From contig CBDFJJ010000013.1 of assembly GCA_965248285.1 (NCBI GenBank), positions 1,800,384 to 1,864,383 on the forward strand: a stretch of 64,000 bases of DNA. The letters are read 5' to 3'. The notes beneath the pieces are model-generated. The model ran no database searches and was not told the DNA's origin. It saw nothing but the letters and a program-made list of their open reading frames with translations. This DNA is from Gemmatimonadales bacterium. GTDB taxonomy: Bacteria; Gemmatimonadota; Gemmatimonadetes; Gemmatimonadales; GWC2-71-9. This document shows, piece after piece, positions 35,803 to 46,467 of the stretch. Every line of letters starts with the position of its first letter. Within the stretch, counting starts at the first letter, position 1. Both the position numbers and the translations under genes were made by a program.

Positions 35803-37991
35803 CTAGTGCCCCACCTTCGCCTTCAACTCCTCGAAGAAGTTTTCGACCACGATCAAAGTGCCCGCGGCCGCTTCGGGGCTGCTCCTCTCGCGCGCCATGA
35901 TGAACCGGCCGTCGGCGGCCACGTCCCACGGCGTGTAATACAGGCTCTCGACCCTGAGCAGCACGTCGGGCACCCGGAAGAGCGGCTCGGGACTGCCGAG
36001 GTCGATCCGGCGGCCCTCAGCCGTCACCTGGACCGCCGTCATGACCTTGTCACTGCTGAGGTAGAATAGCTCCCGCCCGTCCCGGCTCCAGAGCGGCGCT
36101 TCGCCCCCGCGGTTCGACACCGGCCATTTGTCCCGATCGGTGTCGGGAAACGGCTTGACGAACACTTCGCGGCGTCCGGTTTCGTCGGACACGTACGCCA
36201 GCCAGCGGCCGTCGGGCGACAGGGTGAACGCCTGCTCGTCGAACCGGGTGACCACGACCGGCACTGGCGCCGTGTCGACGCCGAGCCGAAGGCCGGTGAT
36301 GTCGCGTCCCCCCGCCATGCTACTGACGGCACCATAGCGGAGGAGCAGCCAGGTGCCGTCGGGTGACAGGGCGCCTTCCTGCGGGGGGCCGGAACCACTC
36401 GCGAAAAGCAACGTGTCCGATCCAGTGCCGTCCGCCCGCCGCTGGTAGATTCCGGCCGGGGCCGGGGCCCGGTTCGACGCGTAGGTGATGGACTGGCCTT
36501 CTGGTGTCCAGCGTGGGCGGAAGTGCCGGCCCAGTTCGAAGGAGATTCTGGAGAACGCCCCCCCCGGCAACTGCTTCACATAGATGTTTGGGGCGTCGGT
36601 GTTGACTCCAATGGCCAGGCGCGTTCCGTCGGGAGACAAGGCCCAGCCGTGGTTCCCGTTAGCGATCACCGGGTCGAATGTCCACGTCGTGTCCACGGGC
36701 GTGGGGTGCCCGGAACGATCCACCCAGACCATGTCGAAGACCTGGCCCAAACTGGCTCCGCCGGACAGCATCACCAGCGTGCCGGACCTGGAGATCCGTA
36801 CGGGGAAATTGATCCCTGATGCGAGGCTGTCCACGAGGGGGACCTCGGGTCCACGCAGCTCGAGGGCCTCCGGGTCGAACCGTGCGGCGTGCAGGCTGTT
36901 CCCCACCACGAACAGGAGATGTCCGGAGGCGGCCACCTGCCCCGATTCGGCCCCGCGGACCAGGATCCGCGCCGAGTCCGCCCCGAGATCGAGGGCCCGC
37001 AAGTCGCACCCCCCCACGGGGTCGCAACTCGTAAACAGCACCGCGCTCCGTCCCGGAATCCGTTCCGGAAAAAGACCGGCCAGGCCGTCCGCCTGCCACA
37101 CGCTGGACGGCTCGCCGCCCGCGGCCGGTACTCGCCCAAGCGCTGGAAGCCCCTCGCCTCCGACCCTCACGAACACGATCGTTCCGTCGTCGAGCCACGT
37201 CAGGCCGAAAGAACCGACGTCGGCCTCCACCAGTGTCACCGCCGCCCCACCGACGACGGGCACCTTCCGGAGCTGGCCGCCGCCTTCGAAGGCGATCCAG
37301 TCCCCCTCGGGTGAGATCGTGAAGGCCCCGGCGCTCCCGTGTGCGGCGGCTCGCCCGTCAACATCTCGTAGAGCACACAACCCAAGGAGTAGATGTCCGA
37401 GCGGTTGGTGACGTCCTTCTCCGCCGTCGCCTGCTCGGGACTCATGTAGTGCGGCGTGCCGAGGCTGAGGCCGGTCTCGGTCATGCGCCCACCCGCCGCT
37501 GCGCTCACCGCCAAGGCAATCCCGAAGTCGGCCACCATGGGGCGCCCGTTGTGGAGCAAGATGTTCTCGGGTTTGATGTCCCGGTGGATGACGTTCTCGC
37601 CATGGGCATAGTGGAGCGCGTCGGCGACTTCGGTCGTGATCTTCACCGCCTCTTCGATCCCGAATTGCGTTTCGCGGTTCAGCTTGTCGCGCACCGTCTC
37701 GCCGTCGATGAGCGGCATGACGTAGTAAAGGAATGAATCCGCCTCTCCCGAATCGAACAGCGGGAGGATGTGCGGGTGTTGGAGATTAGCGGTCGTCTCT
37801 ATTTCCTTGACGAACCGCTCGGCACCCAAGACAGCTGCTAATTCCGGGCGCAAGACCTTCACCGCCACCTTGCGGTGGTGTTTCAGGTCTTCGGCGAGGT
37901 AGACCGTCGCCATACCGCCGGCACCCAACTCTTCCTGGATGGCGTAGCGGTCGGCGAGGGCGGTCTTGAGGCGATCGAAGGTGTCAGTCAC
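35803..37991 (-). pseudogene. Ser/Thr protein kinase with a C-terminal TolB-like propeller; kinase and propeller parts are out of frame
   Basis: The kinase ORF (37236-37991) reaches ...YEMLTGEPPHTG and then reads nonsense. The propeller ORF (35803-37380) is in another frame. No remaining C-lobe, linker or TM is visible in any frame. Confidence 0.65.
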
Positions 37992-38120
37992 CCAACGCTC
38001 CGGTTGTTACCACGAGTAAACTCGCGGCTCGGCCAAACCGACTGTCGCTGAAGCGACCCCGAGCAAACGTCGGTTTACCGACAGATAGCCGAGCCGCGGC
38101 TTCAGCCGTGGTTACGTTCA

Positions 38121-38560
38121 CTAGTTCCCCACCTTCGCCTTCAACTCGGATAAGAACCCACGCACGAGCTTCCAGCTCAGCTCTCCACCAGAGACGGGCT
38201 CGATGAACAAGAACCGCTGATCGTCGGGCGCGACGTCGTACAGCGCGGCATTGCGGTCGTTGAGGAATCGCGTGGCGGAGAAGAGCACGCGGCGGTCGCC
38301 GATGGAGACGTCCGCCCCCGCCCCCGCCCCGATGCGGACCTCCGCGGCAACGAGGTTGCCGGCGCGGTCACGATAAAACAGCTCGCGCCCGGAATGCGCC
38401 CACCGTGGCTCGAAACCGCCGTCGAGGGACACCCGTGTCCGTGGCCCCGCGCCCGGAAACGGCTGCACCATGATCTCCTCTGAAGCCGCGCGTCCATACT
38501 CGCCCGATACGTACGTCCGTCCGGCGAGAGCGCGGGCGCGAACTCGAGAGCCGGGCGGTG
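38121..38560 (-). pseudogene. C-terminal remnant of a paralogous kinase/propeller protein (frameshifted)
   Basis: It ends ...FLSELKAKVGN*, compared with ...FFEELKAKVGH* in the gene above. SPDGRTY lies in one frame and VSGEYGRAASEEIMVQPFPG in another. Confidence 0.6.
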
Positions 38561-38627
38561 ATGTCGGTCATAGGGGACTAAGATGGACCGTCTATGGGGG
38601 TTTGGCGAGGCTTTGAGAGGGACATGC

Positions 38628-38651
38628 GTATACGCCCCACCGGGCGTATAC
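38628..38651 (-). terminator. Perfect 10-bp stem / 4-nt loop hairpin downstream of the PQQ dehydrogenase
   Basis: gtatacgccc-cacc-gggcgtatac. There is no clear U-tract, so terminator function is uncertain. Confidence 0.3.
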
Positions 38652-38736
38652 ACTCACCCACGCTTCGTGCGCGGACCCATCAGTGTGCAGATCAACTATC
38701 CGCGGCAGCCGAGTCCGAAGGGTCAGCCGCGGCGTG

Positions 38737-41121
38737 CTAACGATCCACAGCCGTGAGTGTGCGTAGCGACTCGAGCAGTTCCGGCGTGAACGGATTCTCC
38801 CCGGCGCGGAGGGCGTCGATCCACTCTCGGCGCTGCCTCCGAGCCCGACCGCTTGTCGTCCAGGCCACGTACGCTTCAAAGTCTGCTATAGCTCCCTCAG
38901 AATCGCCGGTGAGCGCCCTCGCGACCCCGCGGGCACCCCTGAAGAACCCGTGAGCAGCAGGCGCACGCGCCACCGCCTGTTCACAGGCCGTCATGACGTC
39001 GGCCGCATACCCCCACAGGCTTCCGTACCAACACAACGTGTTCAGAGACCAAGCAGAAATCGTCCGCGCCGGATCGAGGGTCTGCGCGTTTGCATAGGCG
39101 GCCAGCGCGTCCGGTATGCGACCGTCCCTTGCCACGTGCTCGCCTTCTATCTGCGTAGCGATCGCCTCGAGCGACGGATCCTTTTCCCGTTGGGGTTGCG
39201 GGAGCGCGAAGGCCATGAGTGTTGCCTCTCGCGACCCGGTCGCAATGACAACAAATTGGCGACCCGAGCGCGTTTGATAGGTCATCGGATTGCCATAGCC
39301 GCGGCGCCTTACATAGGCTTCCCAGAGGGTTTCCCCATTCGTCTTGTCGATGGCATAGAACTTGGCCCCTGCGCTGATGAACAGCAGCCCACCGCGGGTG
39401 AGGACCGGTCCCGAACGGCCGCCGCCCCCGAGCGGCGGGAGATCCAGGTCCTTCAACAAAGGATGGTTTCTGATCCCGGGCCAGTGCCAATCCCCCAAGC
39501 TGACCTGCCACACATGCTCACCTCGATTGAGATCGATGGCGGTGAGAACATTATACGGCGGTTTGTGGATCGGGAGGCCGTCGGCGACTTCCAAACGGGT
39601 ATTCTCGTAGACGTAATCGAATTCGGCGTCGCCCGGCTCAGGCTCCGCGAGCTTGATCAGGTCGGGCCAGTTCATCGCCTTGACGTAGAGCACTCCCGTT
39701 TCTGGATCGAACGCCGCGCCGCCCCAATTGGCTCCACCAACAATACCCGGCATGATTACGGTCCCCTCCAGCGAGGGGGGTGTGAAGAGGGGACCCAGGC
39801 GGTAGTTGTTCGTGTCTAATTGCTCAAGCGCCATGGCCCGCAATTCGGGCGTGAAGTCGATCACGTCGTCCTCGGTGAAGCCCTGTTTGGCAAACGGCGG
39901 GGGCTTGGTCGGGAACGGCTGGGTTAGAGACGTCCGTTCGCCTGGCATATCGCTCTGCGGTACCGGCCGCTCTTCGATCGGCCAGACGGGTGCCCCAGTG
40001 ACGCGATCGAAGACGTAGGCGAACCCGGTCTTGCCGAGGACCACGACCGCGTCGATCGTGTTCCCCTCGACGCGGATCGTAACCAGGTTTGGGGGCGCGG
40101 CCAGATCGTAATCCCAGACGCCGTGACGGATCGTTTGGAAGTGCCAGATGCGCTCGCCGGTGTTCGCGTCCAGACAGACGATCGATTCGGCAAACAGGTT
40201 ATCGCCTTTCCGATGTCCGCCATAGAAGTCTTGGCTGGGCGTTTCCACGGGGAGGTAGACCAACCCGCGCTCCTCGTCGAGCGTGAAGGGGGCCCAGACG
40301 CCCGTGTGACCGGTGTACGACCACGAGCTGTCTTCCCAGGTCTCGTTCCCGAACTCGCCTTCCTGCGGGATGGTGTGGAAGCTCCAGACGCGCTTGCCCG
40401 TGCGGACATCGAACGCCTGGACATCACCGGGCGGATCCTGTTTGTACCAAAAAACGGAAACACTCCCGACCATGACCAGGTCTTTGTAGACGACGGGTGG
40501 GGAGGTGTTGGCGTAGTGGAGCCGGTTCACCGGCCAAATCAGATCTTCAGTTAGATCGAGCTCTCCGCCCGTACCGAACGTGGGGATGGGCTTTCCGGTG
40601 CTGGCATCGAGGGCAATCAAACTCCAGCGGGTGTTGAGGAAGATCCGCCGCTCTTTGCCGTCCGTCCACGTCGCGACGCCGCGATGATGGAACGGCGTCG
40701 TGCCCCACTCGTAGGCGCGGGGATCGTAGCTCCATAGCTCCCTGCCCGTGTTCGCGTCCAGCGCCACCACGCGGTGGTACGGCGTGCTCAGATACAGGGT
40801 GTCGTTGATCATCAGCGGTGTCACTTGGAACTGTCCCGGCGTGACGGGCTGGTCCCGGAACGGCCGTCTGGGCACCGGAATCGGCTGTTCGCCGGTTTCC
40901 CAGGTCCAGGCCAGCTCCAGCTCGTCCACGTTACTGCGGTTGATCTGGGTCAAGGGGGAATACTTCATCCCACCCGGATCGCCCCCATACACCGGCCACT
41001 CGACTCCCTGCTCATCAGCTTCCGGTGTGGCTCGGCAGCTGAGCAGGAGTGACAGGGACGCGGCGAATAGAACAGATCGCTGAGGGAGCATCATCCTGCG
41101 CCTTCCAGTAGTGAGTACCAA
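38737..41121 (-). CDS. PQQ-dependent dehydrogenase (quinoprotein, glucose/alcohol DH family) with a C-terminal TPR-like extension
   Basis: WPVYGGDPGGMKYSPLTQINRSNV..LAWTW and repeated propeller W-motifs. Lipobox LLLSC; the real start may be the MMLPQRS Met at 41094. Confidence 0.85.
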   Translation of the reverse strand: MVLTTGRRRMMLPQRSVLFAASLSLLLSCRATPEADEQGVEWPVYGGDPGGMKYSPLTQINRSNVDELELAWTWETGEQPIPVPRRPFRDQPVTPGQFQVTPLMINDTLYLSTPYHRVVALDANTGRELWSYDPRAYEWGTTPFHHRGVATWTDGKERRIFLNTRWSLIALDASTGKPIPTFGTGGELDLTEDLIWPVNRLHYANTSPPVVYKDLVMVGSVSVFWYKQDPPGDVQAFDVRTGKRVWSFHTIPQEGEFGNETWEDSSWSYTGHTGVWAPFTLDEERGLVYLPVETPSQDFYGGHRKGDNLFAESIVCLDANTGERIWHFQTIRHGVWDYDLAAPPNLVTIRVEGNTIDAVVVLGKTGFAYVFDRVTGAPVWPIEERPVPQSDMPGERTSLTQPFPTKPPPFAKQGFTEDDVIDFTPELRAMALEQLDTNNYRLGPLFTPPSLEGTVIMPGIVGGANWGGAAFDPETGVLYVKAMNWPDLIKLAEPEPGDAEFDYVYENTRLEVADGLPIHKPPYNVLTAIDLNRGEHVWQVSLGDWHWPGIRNHPLLKDLDLPPLGGGGRSGPVLTRGGLLFISAGAKFYAIDKTNGETLWEAYVRRRGYGNPMTYQTRSGRQFVVIATGSREATLMAFALPQPQREKDPSLEAIATQIEGEHVARDGRIPDALAAYANAQTLDPARTISAWSLNTLCWYGSLWGYAADVMTACEQAVARAPAAHGFFRGARGVARALTGDSEGAIADFEAYVAWTTSGRARRQRREWIDALRAGENPFTPELLESLRTLTAVDR

Positions 41122-41454
41122 GGATCGTTGGTTTTTTGAACCCTCGCGGGCGCTCGCCCGCCAACACCCCTAACACTACCCCGTCGAACGCCCTGTCCGC
41201 CATTCGGAGGCTGCCAAGCTCGCCGCATAATCCCTCATCGGTTGGGCTGGGAAGCTCCTTGGGAAGGTCTCGCTGTAAGCGAATCGAAAAGGATGCAAAC
41301 AGACGCAAAGGGTCGGCGGTCCAAGTACCGAAAGCGTCAAACGCAAAAGGTCTGACAGAACTGCAAAACCTCTATTCGGATTGAACTACTGTAGCAACCG
41401 GGGACACCGGACCCGCCTCGTCCGGGGCAGCGTCGCATCACCTACCCTCACAAA

Positions 41455-41626
41455 TACGACAGGCGGGATGAACCCACGACCTTTGGCTCCGGAGGACTGT
41501 AGTTGCGTCGATGAGCGTCGGTGGGCGTCAATAACCCCCCCATTCTGGCCGATTCTGCGTCATTTGCGTCGGTGAGCGCCGGTGGGCGTTGTGACAATGT
41601 TTGTGACAATTCTGCCGTGAACGTTC
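41455..41626 (-). repeat. Degenerate copy of the tRNA-Arg(CCG) 3' half plus the complete contiguous arm (att-like)
   Basis: tacgacaggcgggatgaacccacgacctttggctccggagg + actgtagttgcgtcgatgagcgtcggtgggcgtcaataa ... gcgtcatttgcgtcggtgagcgccggtgggcgttgtgacaatgtttgtgacaattctgccgtgaacgttc. Confidence 0.75.
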
Positions 41627-41735
41627 CGAGCTGCCTCGAGGTGATCAAAGGCCGAGGTAGACGTCCCCCACACCTCGTGCTGCCACAAGCTCGCCCAACG
41701 CTCACTGCCCGCTTGCGCCCCAGCGAACCACGCGC

Positions 41736-43262
41736 ATGTTCGGAAGGGGCCTCGATCCGGGACCTCCAAGAGAGTGCGATGTGAAAACCCCGAAGAACCG
41801 ATGGCTTGTTGCGCGCCGAGTGGCGGGGGCGCTCCTGATCCTGTACGGGCTGCTCCTCATCCCTGAACCCACTCCTGCCCCACCACCAACCCCCACCACC
41901 GGACAGCCCTTCGCCTGGAACCAGAACGAGGTGTGGCTCGCCCTGGAACAGCAGTTCCGCGAAGCACGCGCGTCCGGGTGCGAGCAGATCATCGAGCAGA
42001 CTGACACCCGGCTGGCCCACGGCGAGAGTCTGGTAGATGCGTTGACCGAGCGGCACATCACTTCCAACGACCCGGTGCTGGACACGATCGAGGTCAACAT
42101 CTTTCACCTTGGCCCGCTGATCGGCGTCTGTCAGCAACGTCTTCCGGATTATGTGCGCCTCATAACTCGTACCCGCTCGGCCGTCAAACGGCAGTCCGAA
42201 CGGTGGGACATGAATAGGAGCAAGGATCGCCTCTACCGGCTACTCTTCGGCGGCCGCGCGGCACTGGAGCAAGTGATGCTCCAGGGGCCCACCGACGCCC
42301 TGCCCGTCCTGGTGGAGGGGGAGAACGTCCCGTCGGTCACGCCTTCCACCCGCATTCTCCAAGCGACCATCCACAGCGGCGACATGCTCGTCTCGCGCGG
42401 CGGCGCCGCCTCATCCGGACTCATCGCCGTGGGCAACGACTACGCCGGGAACTTCTCGCACGTAGGCATCGTGCACGTGGACGAACACACGAGCCTCCCC
42501 ACGGTGATTCACTCAAACGGAGATTACGGACTCCACACGGCGACACTCCAGGACTACCTGGAGGACGTGAAACTCAGGGTGATGATCCTCCGGTTGCGGC
42601 CGGACCTCGAGATGATGGTAGCCGATCCCGAGCTGCCTCATAAAGCGGCGGCGGCGGTGCTCGCCCGGGCGCGAAACAGCCATACCCCCTACGACTTCGA
42701 GATCGACCACCGCGATGACTCCAAGATGTACTGCTCGGAGGTGGTCGCGTGGGCGTACGAGGCCGTCGGCGTCAAGTTGTGGATGGAGATCTCCAGGGTT
42801 TCCGCGCCGGGGACGCGCCGGTGGCTGGCCGACCTCGGCGTGAGGCACTTCGAGATGCAGGAACCCTCGGACCTGGAGTACGACCCGCAACTTCGTGTCG
42901 TCGCCGAATGGCGGAACCGTGACCAGCTCTTCCTCGCCCACATCGACAACGCAGTGACCGAGGCGCTTCTGGACGCCGCCGCCAACGGAGACCGCCTGAC
43001 ACACGTGTGGTACCGGCTTCCGTTCGTGCGGCTGATGAAGGGGTACAGCGCTGTGCTCAATGCTTTTGGGAGGACGGGGCCGGTGCCCGAAGGGCTAAGT
43101 GCCACACAAGCGGACCGATACCTGACGTTCAAGGCCCGGCACACGGCGATCAAGGAACGGTTGTTGGTGCTGACCGAAGAGTTTCAAACTCGGGAGGGGT
43201 ACCGAGCTCCTGAGTGGCAGATCGTCAAAATGGCAAAGCTCGCCCGCACCGAGCTCGAATGA
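41736..43262 (+). CDS. YiiX/YaeF-like permuted papain-fold (NlpC/P60 superfamily, C92) protein with an N-terminal TM
   Basis: GDMLVSRGG...NFSHVGIVHVDE then YDFEIDHRDDSKMYCSEVVAWAYE, i.e. the permuted His...Cys order. The start is uncertain. Confidence 0.6.
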   Translation: MFGRGLDPGPPRECDVKTPKNRWLVARRVAGALLILYGLLLIPEPTPAPPPTPTTGQPFAWNQNEVWLALEQQFREARASGCEQIIEQTDTRLAHGESLVDALTERHITSNDPVLDTIEVNIFHLGPLIGVCQQRLPDYVRLITRTRSAVKRQSERWDMNRSKDRLYRLLFGGRAALEQVMLQGPTDALPVLVEGENVPSVTPSTRILQATIHSGDMLVSRGGAASSGLIAVGNDYAGNFSHVGIVHVDEHTSLPTVIHSNGDYGLHTATLQDYLEDVKLRVMILRLRPDLEMMVADPELPHKAAAAVLARARNSHTPYDFEIDHRDDSKMYCSEVVAWAYEAVGVKLWMEISRVSAPGTRRWLADLGVRHFEMQEPSDLEYDPQLRVVAEWRNRDQLFLAHIDNAVTEALLDAAANGDRLTHVWYRLPFVRLMKGYSAVLNAFGRTGPVPEGLSATQADRYLTFKARHTAIKERLLVLTEEFQTREGYRAPEWQIVKMAKLARTELE

Positions 43263-43362
43263 ACTGTCTGATCGGGAAGTCTTGACGACTGCTTGACGGA
43301 GCGGGGATACGATTGGTTTCGCCACACGCCACGATCGTTCGTCCACGTCGGGAGGTCCGAGC

Positions 43363-46300
43363 TTGTTAATCAGCGAGCATCACACCGCACGCCACCGGTT
43401 CTTCGGGTGGCTCCTCGAGCATCGGTGGCTCGTCATGACCGTCGCCGCCTTCGGGACGGCAGTCGGTATGGCGGGCGCCGCCCGCGTTCGCATCGACGTG
43501 GACGTCGAGCAGTTCATCCCCACCCGGGGCACCGCGCGCGCCACCTACGACGAGTACAAGAGCGCCTTCTCCAAGGAGGACTCCCGGTACTCCGTGTTCT
43601 GGCAGAGCCGCGAGGAGCCCGGCGCCGAGCTGTTCATTGAGCTGGAGCGCATCGCCGCCAGCATGGAGGCCGTAGGTCTGGAGGATGTGCAGTGGATCGG
43701 GGGCATCGACGTGGCCGACCACATCGAGTACGACGGGGAACGCACACTCCAGATGCGGCCGCTCGTCGAGCCAGACAGTGTGACCGACGAATACGTCGCC
43801 CGCGTGCTCGACGAATACCGCAGTGACGCGTTGTACAGCGGGTATCTCTGGAACGCGGATCAGAGCGTGTTCGCCGTACACGGACACCTACCCGATTCGT
43901 GGAACCACGACACGAAGCGTCAGGAGGTTGACGACGCGTTGACGGCGAGCCTCGACTCGCTCTCCGGAGCCGGCGCGCGCATGGCGCTCAGTGGGATTCC
44001 AGTGTTCCGGTCCCGTTCGCCGCGCCTGCTTCAGCAGGATATCACGGTGTTGCTGGGTGGCGGGCTCGTCATCGCGTTCGGCCTGCTCTGGCTGGCGTTG
44101 GGCCGCGTGCGATTGGTCTGGTTGTGCCTCGCGTCCGTCGTTCCAGGCTATCTCTGCACCCTCGGCGTGATGGGTCTGGTGGGAAAGCCCATCACGATGC
44201 TCACGAGCTTCATCCCGATCATTATCCTCGTCGTGGGCGTCAGCGACTCCATCCACATCGTACAGCGCTTTCAACGCACGCCCCAGAAATCTTCGGGCCC
44301 AGACACGGTCATCGCAACGTTCGCCGACCTGGCTGGCCCGTGCCTCTTCACATCGCTCACGACTGCCGTCGGGTTCGCCAGCCTGATGGGAACCCGCATC
44401 GGGATCATGGTCGATTTCGGCCTGTTCACCGCGCTCGCCATTCTCCTGACGTACGCGTTCAGTATGACGTTGCTCCCCACCCTCCTCGCCATGTTCGGAT
44501 CGGGCGCACTCACCTCATCGCCGCGCGTGCTGTTCGGCGGAGTCGTCGCAACTGCAGTGCGGACCGCCGCGAGATCCACACCGGTCCTCACCGCTTCCTT
44601 TGCCATCGTGGCGTTGCTCTGCGTGTTCGCCGCGGCCGGTATCCGCTCGAACACGTTCATGGTGGACGATTACAAGGAGAGTTCTCCGCTCATCCGCGAC
44701 CTGCGGTGGATCGAAGAGGCTGGGTTCGGGCTCTTTCAGCTCAACGTCTTCCTCCAACAGGAAGATGATAACCTCCTTCATCACCCGGACGCACTCCGCT
44801 GGATGGAGGCATTCCAGCTGTTCGTGGGCACCGACTCGATCGTGACGGCGAGTGTGGGGCCGCCCGACGTCTTCAAGCAGCTGCGCGCGGCGTTTCTCGA
44901 CGGGGCTCTGGAGGACCGCCGGCTTCCCGAAACGCAAGAAGAGGCCAGTCAACTCTTCCTGCTGGCTGAACTCGAGGACGAGTCCTTTGCAGAAGACGTC
45001 TACCGGAACGCCGACGGCGTGGCGCAGCTCGTGTTCACGGTACACGACGCAGGATCAGTGCACCTGCAGCCGCTCCTCGAGCGAGTTGATCGGTACTTGC
45101 AAGATACACCGCCGCCAGTGGGACGGGCGACATCGACCGGCATCGTGTCCCTGGTAAACATGTTCACCGCCCGCCTGCTGAGCAGCTTTGGCCCGAGTCT
45201 CCTCATCGCGGGCGTGCTCATCTTCGGCATCATGGCCGTGATGCTCCGGTCGGTCACCCGCGCGCTGTGGGCTCTGGTCCCGAATGTATTTCCGCTTCTT
45301 GTCCTGCTTGGCGTGATGCGACTCGGAGGGTTTGAGATGAAACCGTCCACGATCCTGGTTTTTTCGATTGCATTCGGCCTGGCCGTCGACGACACCATTC
45401 ATGTTCTGGGCCGGTTTCGCACAGCTATGGACAGAGGCCTGGACGTTGCGGCCGCGCTCGAGGAAAGCCTGAGGGATGCCGGCTCCGCGGTGATACTCAC
45501 CAGCATCCTGGTGGTGGCCGGGTTTGGACTGCTGTTGGCATCACAGTTCGAGGTGTTGTTTCTGATCGGGATGCTGACAGCGGTGAGCGCCGTAGCGGCC
45601 GTTGCCGCGGATTTGTTCTTGCTCCCGATTGTCGTGCGCGCGGCATATCGACCGTCCCGCAGCGGTAAGACGGCGGCGGTCTCTACGGCAACCATCGTAT
45701 TGTTCGTGGCGACGGCAGCTGCTCCGGCAGCCGCTCGCGCACAGGATCAGACGGCAGAGGAGCGCGGCCAAGCCATCGTCGAGGAATCGGAGCGCCGCGA
45801 CCGGGGTTGGCACGACCAGACCGCCCAACTCACTATGGTGCTCGTGCGGAACGATCGCGAGCGCATTCGCGAACTTCGCACGATGACACTCGAGGGCACC
45901 GGGGACGGCGACAAGACCCTCGTGGTGTTCGAAGGGCCGGCGGACCTTCGCGGAACGGCGTTCTTGACGCACGCGCACCAGGATGCGCCCGACGATCAAT
46001 GGATCTATCTGCCGGCGCTGCGACGCGTGAGGCGCATCGCGTCGAGCAACCAATCGTCGTCGTTTATGGGAAGCGAGTTCGCCTACGAAGATATCGGGTC
46101 GCAGGAAGTGGAAAAGTACCGCCACCGGTATCTCCGCGCCGAAACGACCGACGGTGTGGAGATGCACGTCGTCGAGCGGATCCCTATCGACGAGGGGTCC
46201 GGATACACTCGCCAGGTGATGTGGTTGGATCAGGGCGAGTATCGCGTTCACCGCATCGACTACTACGACAGCAACGACGAGTTGCTCAAGACACTCACTG

Positions 46301-46467
46301 TGCGGGGTTACCAGCGGTATCTCGACAGGGTCTGGCGCCCCGACGAGATGCTGATGACGAACCATCAGACCGGCAAGAGTACGATCCTCCGTTGGCAGAA
46401 TATTCGATTTGGGACCGGTTTGCGGGAGGCGGATTTTGACCGCAGGGCACTCAGTCGGCTGCAATGA
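43363..46467 (+). CDS. MMPL/RND-superfamily transporter fused in frame to a LolA-like outer-membrane lipoprotein-sorting domain
   Basis: TTG start 8 nt after GGGAGG. Two 6-TM bundles are separated by periplasmic loops. From 45742 the sequence is QDQTAEERG...DQWIYLPALRRVRRIASSNQSSSFMGSEFAYEDIG, the LolA-like family. No stop lies between the two parts. Confidence 0.75.
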   Translation: MLISEHHTARHRFFGWLLEHRWLVMTVAAFGTAVGMAGAARVRIDVDVEQFIPTRGTARATYDEYKSAFSKEDSRYSVFWQSREEPGAELFIELERIAASMEAVGLEDVQWIGGIDVADHIEYDGERTLQMRPLVEPDSVTDEYVARVLDEYRSDALYSGYLWNADQSVFAVHGHLPDSWNHDTKRQEVDDALTASLDSLSGAGARMALSGIPVFRSRSPRLLQQDITVLLGGGLVIAFGLLWLALGRVRLVWLCLASVVPGYLCTLGVMGLVGKPITMLTSFIPIIILVVGVSDSIHIVQRFQRTPQKSSGPDTVIATFADLAGPCLFTSLTTAVGFASLMGTRIGIMVDFGLFTALAILLTYAFSMTLLPTLLAMFGSGALTSSPRVLFGGVVATAVRTAARSTPVLTASFAIVALLCVFAAAGIRSNTFMVDDYKESSPLIRDLRWIEEAGFGLFQLNVFLQQEDDNLLHHPDALRWMEAFQLFVGTDSIVTASVGPPDVFKQLRAAFLDGALEDRRLPETQEEASQLFLLAELEDESFAEDVYRNADGVAQLVFTVHDAGSVHLQPLLERVDRYLQDTPPPVGRATSTGIVSLVNMFTARLLSSFGPSLLIAGVLIFGIMAVMLRSVTRALWALVPNVFPLLVLLGVMRLGGFEMKPSTILVFSIAFGLAVDDTIHVLGRFRTAMDRGLDVAAALEESLRDAGSAVILTSILVVAGFGLLLASQFEVLFLIGMLTAVSAVAAVAADLFLLPIVVRAAYRPSRSGKTAAVSTATIVLFVATAAAPAAARAQDQTAEERGQAIVEESERRDRGWHDQTAQLTMVLVRNDRERIRELRTMTLEGTGDGDKTLVVFEGPADLRGTAFLTHAHQDAPDDQWIYLPALRRVRRIASSNQSSSFMGSEFAYEDIGSQEVEKYRHRYLRAETTDGVEMHVVERIPIDEGSGYTRQVMWLDQGEYRVHRIDYYDSNDELLKTLTVRGYQRYLDRVWRPDEMLMTNHQTGKSTILRWQNIRFGTGLREADFDRRALSRLQ

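Noticed and set aside
41015-41750. Search for a tyrosine integrase or its remnant next to the att-like copies (41130-41455, 33560-33690, 35490-35800, 56050-56386). This included ORFs 41015-41308 (-), 41136-41384 (+) and 41448-42137 (-).
   Set aside because: None of the six-frame translations shows integrase hallmarks (R...HxxR...Y block or an SAM-like N-domain). The ORFs are low-complexity and overlap repeats or real genes. Absence is reported rather than a feature.
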